Of a stretch of 64,000 bases of DNA, positions 57,444-64,000 are shown piece after piece. Under the pieces are notes generated by a model. That model saw only the letters and a program-made list of their open reading frames with translations, was not told the DNA's origin and ran no database searches. This DNA comes from an uncultured Leifsonia sp. (GTDB taxonomy: Bacteria; Actinomycetota; Actinomycetes; Actinomycetales; Microbacteriaceae): positions 5,315 through 69,314 of the forward strand of contig NZ_CAMFLC010000016.1 of the NCBI RefSeq assembly GCF_945957465.1. The letters run 5' to 3'. The position numbers were made by a program, and so were the translations under genes. How positions within the stretch are numbered: position 1 is the stretch's first letter; each line of letters starts with the position of its first letter.

Positions 57444-58138
57444 CGGGCACCTGCGTTCGGGTTGGGGAGGAGGGATCCGGCGGTGTGGTCGGCGGAGTCG
57501 GTGGGGGCGGCGGAGTCGGTGTCGTCGGCGGAGTCGACGGGGGCGGCGAGCGCCGCGAGCGCGTCCGCAGCGAAGTCGAGGGCGCGCTCCGCCGCGGCGT
57601 CGTCCCGGGTGACCAGCCACGCGATCGTCACACCGTCGGTCAGCGTGACGAGGAGGCGGGCGACCTCGGCGACGGGGCGGTTCCAGGTGCTGCCGGTGAG
57701 GTCGGCCGCGTCGCGCGCCGCCCTCTCGGCGAGTTCGTAGTACCGGTCGTACTGCCGTCCGGCGAGCGGTGCGAAGCCGGGTTCCCGCAGGGCCCACTGG
57801 GTCAGCTCGAACATGGCCTTCTCGCGATCGGGATCGGCTCGCACGCCGTCGAAGTAGTGCTGGAGACCCGACCGGATCGCGGCGCGGATCCCCAGTGGGG
57901 CCCGGGAGGCGTCCAGGGCGGGTTCGAGGTCCGTCTGCTCACTGGACACGACAGCGTTGACCAGTTCGGCCATCAACTCGTCGCGCGATTCGAAGACGTA
58001 GTGGAAGCTGGCGAGCGGCATCCCCGCCTCGCCGGCGATGCGGCGGGTCGTGGCGGCGGCCACGCCGTCGCGGGCGATGACCCGCAGGGCAGCCTGCACG
58101 AGCGCTGCGCGGCGGTCCGCCGGGGGGATGCGCGTCAT
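57440..58138 (-). CDS. TetR family regulator with repetitive acidic C-terminal tail
   Basis: TTRRIAGEAGMPLASFHYVF; three 18-bp repeats at 57491-57544. Confidence 0.9.
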   Translation of the reverse strand: MTRIPPADRRAALVQAALRVIARDGVAAATTRRIAGEAGMPLASFHYVFESRDELMAELVNAVVSSEQTDLEPALDASRAPLGIRAAIRSGLQHYFDGVRADPDREKAMFELTQWALREPGFAPLAGRQYDRYYELAERAARDAADLTGSTWNRPVAEVARLLVTLTDGVTIAWLVTRDDAAAERALDFAADALAALAAPVDSADDTDSAAPTDSADHTAGSLLPNPNAGAR

Positions 58139-58267
58139 CGGAGCTCCTTGCGGTGCCGGTTCGCGCGTCGTCGCGCGAAGTGGGACAGTTGACCCAGTTG
58201 TCAGTATGCCGCAAATCCGGCCCGTTGGTTTGACATCCGTCGTGTCCGACCCGTGGAATGGGGTGGA

Positions 58268-60445
58268 ATGCGGGTTTTTCTGTCTGACGTATCTCCACCA
58301 GTCCGGCCGCGGGGGGCGACCGGACTGTTCGCTGCTGCCCTGACCGGTCTGATCCTCGCACTGCTGGCCGCCGCGACGCTCGCGACTCCGGCGACCGCCG
58401 CCCCGCAGCAGCCCTCCCTGCACGGCACCACCGAAACCGCACGTTCCGACACCTCTCCGCCGGTCTCACCGCGGGCGGCCCCGTCCGACACGGCCTCGGG
58501 TACCCCGACGCCGACACCGACTCCCGGGCCGCCGCACCTCGACCCGCTTCCCGACCACCTGGTCACCTCGTTTCCGTTGACCGTCTCCGGCACCGCGGAT
58601 CCCGGCGACGTCATCGACGTCTCCGGCGGATCCTCGACGAACGCGGACTCGCGCTGCACCGCCACCGCGGGCGACGACGGTCGCTTCCGCTGTGCCCTCC
58701 AGCGTCTCCCCGACGGTCCCGGTGTGCCGGTTCGCGCCGAGTCGCGCGGCACCGGGCTCTCGGACAGCGCACGGGTCGACGTCCTCACGCCTCCCACGAT
58801 CACCTCCGCCGACGGCGGCGCGACCGGGGGCGGCATCCGCGGAACGGCCTATCCCGGCGCGACGGTCGCGGTCACGGCGGAGACCGGCGACTCCTGTTCG
58901 TTCCCCGCCGACAGCAACGGCAGCTGGGGATGCGTCATCGGCGGGCTCCGCGACGGCACGCACACGGTGACGGCGACACAGGTGGCCCCGTTCTCGTCGA
59001 CCCGCTCCGACCCGAGCCGCTCCGTCACCGTCGTCGTCGACACGTCCGCCCCCGCTGCGCCGACACTCACGTCTCCCGCACCGGGCGCCACGAGCACGGT
59101 CGGGCAGACGATCGTCTTCGGCGGGTCCGGAGAACCGGGTGCGACGGTCACCGTCTACGCGAGCACAGCGCACGGAACGACCGTCGCCTGCACGGCGACC
59201 GTCTCCGGCACGGCGTGGTCGTGCCGCGCCGACCTCCCGGAGGGAGGGTACCTGGCGTCGGCGCTTCAACGCGACGCGGCCGGGAATGTGAGCGCCGGCA
59301 GCAACTCCGTGGCGATCTCGGTGGCTGCCGCCACCGCGGCCGCCCCGCGTGACACGCCCGCCCCCTCCCCGTCGACCACACCGGCTCCCGCGCAGCCCGC
59401 ACCGCCGAACCCCTCCCCGTCCTCCCCGGCCACCCCGGCGCACCCGGAGACGAAGGGCTGGACGGACACCCCGTTCAGCACGGCGTCGGCGCCGGTGGTC
59501 TCCGTGGAGTCGGTGCCGGGGTGGCTGCGCTCGGTCGGCCTGGCGATCGCGGCACTCCTGCTGCTCGTGCTGCCCGCCCGCCTCCTGATCGCCGCACTCT
59601 CCCGCCCGCGGGAGGCGCGCCCAGGCCGCGCTTCCCTCTTCGGGCGCAACCGAGCGCGATCGGAGCTCGGCGAGGCCGACGCTCTGCTCGGCGGCGCGCA
59701 CACCGGGTCCGCCGCGGCTGCGCAACCGGTCTGGCTGGCGCCCGTCGTCGGTGTCACCGCCGCCGCCCTGGTGACGCTGTCGACCTCGGTGCAGGACGCC
59801 GCCGCCTACCTGAGACTTCTCACCGCCGTCACACTGGCCGTGGTCGGTGTTAACGCGATCTGGGTGCTGGCGGCGCGCGGGATGACCAGGCACCTCGGTC
59901 TCGCTCTCGCCCGGCCGGTCGTTCGGCCCGGGCTCCTGGCGGTCGTGGCGGCGGCCGCGCTCGGTTCACGGCTCGTCGGCCTCGAACCCGCTCTGCTCTT
60001 CGGCCTCGTGCTGGGCGCAGCGCTCCCGAAGGCCGCCGACCGCGTCGCGCGCGGACGCACCGCCGCGGTGCAACTGTGTGCGGTCGCGGCGCTCGGCGTG
60101 CTCGCGTGGCTCGCGGTCGGCCTGCTGCCGGCACCGTCGGGCGAGGTCTCCGCGTTCGTGCGGGAGCTCGCCAACTCGACCGCCCTCATCGCGATCGGGT
60201 CGACGGCCGTCGCCCTCCTCCCGTTCGGCAGGCTCGCCGGCCGGTCCGTGCTGCGCTGGTCGCGCCCGCTGTGGCTGGCCATGGCGCTGGTGATCTACAC
60301 CGTGCTGTTCGCCTTGCTGCTTCCCGTCGCGTCTCTCGTCCAGGCCGGGGCGGGCGTGGTCGCCGCGGTCGTCGCGGCCATCGTGTTCGCGGCGGTGAGC
60401 GTGTCGGTGTGGCTGTGGGAGCGGTACGTCGAGCCCGCACGCTGA
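58268..60445 (+). CDS. Surface protein: signal peptide, three Cys-paired Ig-like repeats, Pro-rich linker, multi-TM C-terminal domain
   Basis: GTAxPG...V...C...G-[WF]-x-C repeats; DAAGN; start uncertain. Confidence 0.8.
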   Translation: MRVFLSDVSPPVRPRGATGLFAAALTGLILALLAAATLATPATAAPQQPSLHGTTETARSDTSPPVSPRAAPSDTASGTPTPTPTPGPPHLDPLPDHLVTSFPLTVSGTADPGDVIDVSGGSSTNADSRCTATAGDDGRFRCALQRLPDGPGVPVRAESRGTGLSDSARVDVLTPPTITSADGGATGGGIRGTAYPGATVAVTAETGDSCSFPADSNGSWGCVIGGLRDGTHTVTATQVAPFSSTRSDPSRSVTVVVDTSAPAAPTLTSPAPGATSTVGQTIVFGGSGEPGATVTVYASTAHGTTVACTATVSGTAWSCRADLPEGGYLASALQRDAAGNVSAGSNSVAISVAAATAAAPRDTPAPSPSTTPAPAQPAPPNPSPSSPATPAHPETKGWTDTPFSTASAPVVSVESVPGWLRSVGLAIAALLLLVLPARLLIAALSRPREARPGRASLFGRNRARSELGEADALLGGAHTGSAAAAQPVWLAPVVGVTAAALVTLSTSVQDAAAYLRLLTAVTLAVVGVNAIWVLAARGMTRHLGLALARPVVRPGLLAVVAAAALGSRLVGLEPALLFGLVLGAALPKAADRVARGRTAAVQLCAVAALGVLAWLAVGLLPAPSGEVSAFVRELANSTALIAIGSTAVALLPFGRLAGRSVLRWSRPLWLAMALVIYTVLFALLLPVASLVQAGAGVVAAVVAAIVFAAVSVSVWLWERYVEPAR

Positions 60446-60468
60446 CACCGTGACGACGTCGAGCCGAG

Positions 60469-60843
60469 TCAGAGCGCTTTCACGTAGAACCAGTCGGGCC
60501 CGTCCTTGGCGAACCGCGAGGTCTCCTGCAGAGTGCCCCGCTGGGCGCCCTTGTAGTACGCCATGAACGCGACGACGCCGTCACGATCGAAGGGGCCGCC
60601 CCGCTCGGTCGACTCGATGTCGAGCCGGTACCAGCGCAGCCCGTCGTCCAGGTCGAGCGCCTGCGGACGAGTCGAGGGGTGCCAGCTGCGCAGGAGGTAC
60701 GCGGCGTCGCCGAGCGCGAAAGCGCTGAACCGCGACCGCATCAGCCGCTCCGCCGTCGGAGCGGGCGAGCCGGCGTGCAGCGGACCGCAGCAGTTCCCGT
60801 ACGTCTCACCGCTCCCGCACGGGCATCGGGTCGATTCGGTCAT
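60469..60843 (-). CDS. ychJ: YchJ family protein (SEC-C motif)
   Basis: CPCGSG..YGNCC, LMRSRFSAF, ETSRF, WFYV. Confidence 0.92.
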   Translation of the reverse strand: MTESTRCPCGSGETYGNCCGPLHAGSPAPTAERLMRSRFSAFALGDAAYLLRSWHPSTRPQALDLDDGLRWYRLDIESTERGGPFDRDGVVAFMAYYKGAQRGTLQETSRFAKDGPDWFYVKAL

Positions 60844-61011
60844 CCGACGAGCATAGCCGGGCAGGCGTACACAGAGGGGGACCCGGCCGGAGCCTTACGT
60901 CGGGGGATCTCGGGCTCCAGCCGGGTCGGAGGACACCTCACCAGAAAGGGTGTCTGGACCCAGTCTGCACGGTGAGGGTGGGTGGGGCCTTTGGACGGTC
61001 TGAACGTCCTC

Positions 61012-61407
61012 TCAGTGCACTGCGGGATCTGCTGCTGCAGCATCTGCTGTTGCGGCCTCGCCTGCGGCGACGACGCAGAAGCGGTTGCCGTCGGGGTCGG
61101 CGAGCACGAGATAGTCAGCGCCCTCCTCGTACTCCCACTCGACGTCGGTCGCGCCCAGTGCCCGGAGCCGGTCGGCTTCGGCGAGCTGATCGTCGGCGTA
61201 CAGGTCGAGATGGTGCCGCGGGGAGGCGTTCGCCTCGCTGCCGACGAGCTTGAGCGCGAGTCGCGGCCCCACGCCGTCGGGCGACACCAGGAGCGCCCAG
61301 TCCACATCCGGCTCGTACAGCGGCCCGTAACCGAGCACGGCCGACCAGAACTCCACGGCCCGCGGGATGTCGCGGACCCCCCACACGACGGAACCGATCC
61401 GGATCAT
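61012..61407 (-). CDS. VOC/glyoxalase family protein
   Basis: AVEFWSAVLGY, HHLDLY, VLADPDGNRFCVV. Confidence 0.88.
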   Translation of the reverse strand: MIRIGSVVWGVRDIPRAVEFWSAVLGYGPLYEPDVDWALLVSPDGVGPRLALKLVGSEANASPRHHLDLYADDQLAEADRLRALGATDVEWEYEEGADYLVLADPDGNRFCVVAAGEAATADAAAADPAVH

Positions 61408-61480
61408 GCCCTCACCTTCCACCGCCTCAACGGCGACGACAAGGGGCGCGGTGGTCGTCGCACCATATATGGTGGGAGCT

Positions 61481-61588
61481 ATGGAAGGCGTGCTGATCGG
61501 ATTCATCTGGACTGTCGTCATCGTCGGCGGTGCGCTCGCGCTCGCCGCCGTGGTGCAGATGGCGAAGGCGCCCTTCAAGAACCGCTGA
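61481..61588 (+). CDS. 35-aa single-TM small protein
   Basis: GGGAG RBS, ATG, MEGVLIGFIWTVVIVGGALALAAVVQMAKAPFKNR. Confidence 0.6.
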   Translation: MEGVLIGFIWTVVIVGGALALAAVVQMAKAPFKNR

Positions 61589-61635
61589 TCCCCGGACGGC
61601 GTCCCGTCCCCCCGATCGGCGCCCCGAGCCGCTCG

Positions 61636-61709
61636 GCCCCCATAGCCCAATTGGCAGAGGCAGGCGACTTAAAATCGCCCGAGTGTGGGTTCGAGTCCCA
61701 CTGGGGGCA
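61636..61709 (+). tRNA. tRNA-Leu, anticodon TAA, short variable arm, CCA not encoded
   Basis: Acceptor gccccca/tgggggc, anticodon arm ggcga-ctTAAaa-tcgcc, T-loop ttcgagt. Confidence 0.95.
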
Positions 61710-61742
61710 CCCGCCGATTCCGCGCGCGGCCGGCGACCGCAC

Positions 61743-62306
61743 TCACCGCTCCACGTCGTAGACCAGCTTCTGCACCCCGTTGCCGTAGACCTCGTGTTCG
61801 GCCACCGTCAGCTTCAGCGCCGGGTGTGGAGACTCGCTGAAGGGGCGTGCGCCCTCGCCGAGCAGGACGGGGAAGACCAGCAGGTGGTAGCGGTCGACGA
61901 GTCCGGCCTCTGCGAGTGAACGCGCGAGTCGGAGGCTGCCGTGGACGATGATCGGCGCCCCATCGCCGGCCTTGAGCGCCGCGACGTCGTCGAGTGAGCG
62001 GAGGATCGTCGCGGGCCAACGCTCGTCGTCATGCCGAAGCGAAGTGGAGACCACGTAGCGGGGCATCGCGTTGTAGCCGGCGAACTCGTCCATCGACGGC
62101 CAGACCGGCGCGAACAGCTCGTAACTCGTCCGGCCGAGCAGCACCGCGCCGGACTTCTCCTGCTCCCGGCCCTTGAGCTCGTAGGCGGCCGGATCGAACT
62201 CGACCGAGCGGAAGGTCCAGCCGGCGTTGCGGTAGGACGCGTCGTCGCCCGGCGACTGTGCGACGCCGTCGGCGGAGATGAACGTGGAGACGATGAGTGA
62301 GCGCAT
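61743..62306 (-). CDS. Dihydrofolate reductase / RibD C-terminal family protein
   Basis: ISADGV, LLGRTSYE, IIVHGS, GLVDRYHLLVFPVLLG. Confidence 0.9.
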   Translation of the reverse strand: MRSLIVSTFISADGVAQSPGDDASYRNAGWTFRSVEFDPAAYELKGREQEKSGAVLLGRTSYELFAPVWPSMDEFAGYNAMPRYVVSTSLRHDDERWPATILRSLDDVAALKAGDGAPIIVHGSLRLARSLAEAGLVDRYHLLVFPVLLGEGARPFSESPHPALKLTVAEHEVYGNGVQKLVYDVER

Positions 62307-62350
62307 GGTGGGTCCTCCCCTCAAGTGACGGCCGGTCCCGCCACCTATTT

Positions 62351-62379
62351 AACCTATCGGTTCTGAACTTGATAGTTCA
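62351..62379. promoter_or_regulatory. Tandem AACY-N4-RGTT boxes upstream of the DHFR-family gene
   Basis: aacctatcggtt (62351) and tgaacttgatagttca (62364) in an AT-rich patch. Confidence 0.5.
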
Positions 62380-62539
62380 ATAGCGTCGTCGCGGCGTGCT
62401 GCGGAAGCGGCGGCGCTTCCGCCGACGCCACGCACGACCTCCCCGTGCATTCTGAGCGCACGGGGATGTGGGGCCAGTGCCCGGGACCATGGTCGTATCA
62501 GCCGGTGGAGATCCGGCTCGACTGACCTCCGATGCCGCG

Positions 62540-62986
62540 TCAGTTCTCGGCGATGTCCGCCAGAACGTCGAGGAAGGTCTGCCAGCCGGCGATCGTGCCG
62601 AGTCGCTGCTCGTCGGTGAAGCCCGGGGTCTGCTGGGTCATCCGCAGGTGCGTCCCGGCCGCGGATGGGGTGAGCTCCACGGTGAGCACGGCACGCTCGC
62701 CCTCCGCCGGGCGATCGGTGAGCGTCATGACCAGGCGCGACGGCGGATCCACCTCGAGGAACTCGCCCGCCCAGTCGATGGTGCTCCCGTCGGGGAGCAC
62801 CATCATCGCCGACCAGGCGCGGCCCGCCTCTGCGCGATAGTCGAGTGCATCGAGCGGAACCTGAACCTCGCGCCCGCCGAACCAGCGGGCGAACGACTCC
62901 GGCGTCGTCCAGGCCGCGAACACGGCCGAGGGCGGTGCAGCGAACTCCCTGTCGATCTGGATGCCGTCCTCGGTGATGCCGGTCAT
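62540..62986 (-). CDS. SRPBCC/AHSA1 family protein
   Basis: IDREFAAPPSAVFAAWT...WFG...GWQTFLD. Confidence 0.9.
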   Translation of the reverse strand: MTGITEDGIQIDREFAAPPSAVFAAWTTPESFARWFGGREVQVPLDALDYRAEAGRAWSAMMVLPDGSTIDWAGEFLEVDPPSRLVMTLTDRPAEGERAVLTVELTPSAAGTHLRMTQQTPGFTDEQRLGTIAGWQTFLDVLADIAEN

Positions 62987-63372
62987 TCCTCGCCCTTCTC
63001 GCGCTCCGCCGCAGCGGACGGGATCGTATCGGCCGCGCCCCCGCCCGGCCCGCTCGCGAGGACGTCATCGAGCGCGTCGAAGCTGTCGCCCCAGAACACC
63101 CGGTAGTCGTCGATCCACGCCGACGCCTGCGCGAGCGGGCGGGCATCGAGCATCGCCGGGCGATACTGCGCGTCTCTGCCGCGCGAGACCAGCCCGGCGC
63201 CCTCGAGCACGCGCAGGTGCTTCGACACCGCCGTGAAACTCATATCGAAGGGCGCAGCGAGATCGCCGACGTTCGCCGAACCGTGCGCAAGTCGCGCCAG
63301 GATGGCACGGCGCGTCGGGTCCGCGAGCGCCGCGAACGTGCGGCTCAACGTATCGTCCACCGTCCTCGTCAT
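62983..63372 (-). CDS. ArsR/SmtB family regulator
   Basis: FAALADPTRRAIL...AVSKHLRVLEGAGLV. Confidence 0.92.
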   Translation of the reverse strand: MTRTVDDTLSRTFAALADPTRRAILARLAHGSANVGDLAAPFDMSFTAVSKHLRVLEGAGLVSRGRDAQYRPAMLDARPLAQASAWIDDYRVFWGDSFDALDDVLASGPGGGAADTIPSAAAEREKGEE

Positions 63373-63407
63373 GGGTTCCTCCCGTCCCCGGCTCAGCACG
63401 CCCGTAC

Positions 63408-63423
63408 TGAACCGATGAGTTCG
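63408..63423. promoter_or_regulatory. AACY-N4-RGTT box upstream of arsR
   Basis: tgaaccgatgagttcg resembles the 62364 palindrome. Confidence 0.45.
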
Positions 63424-63464
63424 ACACCAGGCTAGCAGCGGGGTCGAGCCGGTACCGTTGAGAC

Positions 63465-64000
63465 GTGAGTCGCACCCTGACCTCCCCCGTCGGCTCCGAG
63501 CTCGAGGTCCGCCGCAGCCGATTCCTCGGATACGTGCTCCCCGTCGACGACCGGGAGGCCGCACTCGCGGAACTCGCGCGCCTCCGTTCCGAGCATCCCG
63601 GCGCCGCGCACGTGTGCTGGGCGCTGCTCGCCGGCGGCCAGTCCGGGATGTCCGACGACGGGGAGCCGTCGGGGACGGCGGGCCGACCCATCCTGGAGGT
63701 CCTCCGCCACCACGAGCTCGACGGCGTTCTGGCGGCGGTGGTCCGCTACTTCGGCGGCGTCAAACTCGGGGCGGGCGGCCTGGTGCGTGCCTACACCGAC
63801 GCCACCGCCACGGCGCTGGCCAATGCGGAGACGGTCGAACGCGTCCCCGAGACCACGCTGGAACTGCGCGCGGACTACGCTGACGCCGAGCGGGTGCGCC
63901 GGTGGGCGGACGCCGCCGGCTACGCGGAGCCCGACGCCGAGTACGGCGCGGAGGTCGTACTGCGGCTTCGACTGCCGAGGACCGCCCGCGAGGGGGCGGT
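63465..64000 (+). CDS. yigZ: YigZ/IMPACT family protein (runs off the window)
   Basis: Manual translation: RRSRFLG, HVCWA, SDDGEPSGTAG, VVRYFGGVKLGAGGLVRAY. Confidence 0.93.
   Translation, partial: MSRTLTSPVGSELEVRRSRFLGYVLPVDDREAALAELARLRSEHPGAAHVCWALLAGGQSGMSDDGEPSGTAGRPILEVLRHHELDGVLAAVVRYFGGVKLGAGGLVRAYTDATATALANAETVERVPETTLELRADYADAERVRRWADAAGYAEPDAEYGAEVVLRLRLPRTAREGA

Noticed and set aside
61636-61760. Genomic island integrated at tRNA-Leu
   Set aside because: No integrase and no second copy of the tRNA 3' end seen in the window; downstream genes look host-like in composition.

Overview
High-GC actinobacterial chromosome segment; gene order and sequences suggest Microbacteriaceae (Leifsonia-like, inference). 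The core is the conserved block ychF - rmuC - glpX/fbaA - ispH/xseA/xseB - DUF4245 - carbonic anhydrase - fumC - phoH2 - cis-prenyltransferase - hemolysin III - DUF4307 - greA - ilvA, mixed with many transporters, small regulator modules, htpX/lemA and tRNA-Leu(UAA). No integrase, transposase, phage, CRISPR or rRNA was seen. The most unusual region is 15.8-17.0 kb, downstream of ychF. It carries several direct and inverted copies of the ychF 3' tail (att-like scars), an orphan lipoprotein and a ~360-nt A-skewed, helix-rich non-coding stretch (candidate structured RNA). Other highlights: two dispersed palindromic repeat families, two distant orphan paralogs each lying just downstream of such a repeat, an HxlR-PP2C phosphatase fusion, and a 12-codon micro-ORF where mca sits in Mycobacterium. 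Family names come from motif recognition by eye, not database searches. Many starts were re-picked from RBS or -10 context and may be off by a few codons.
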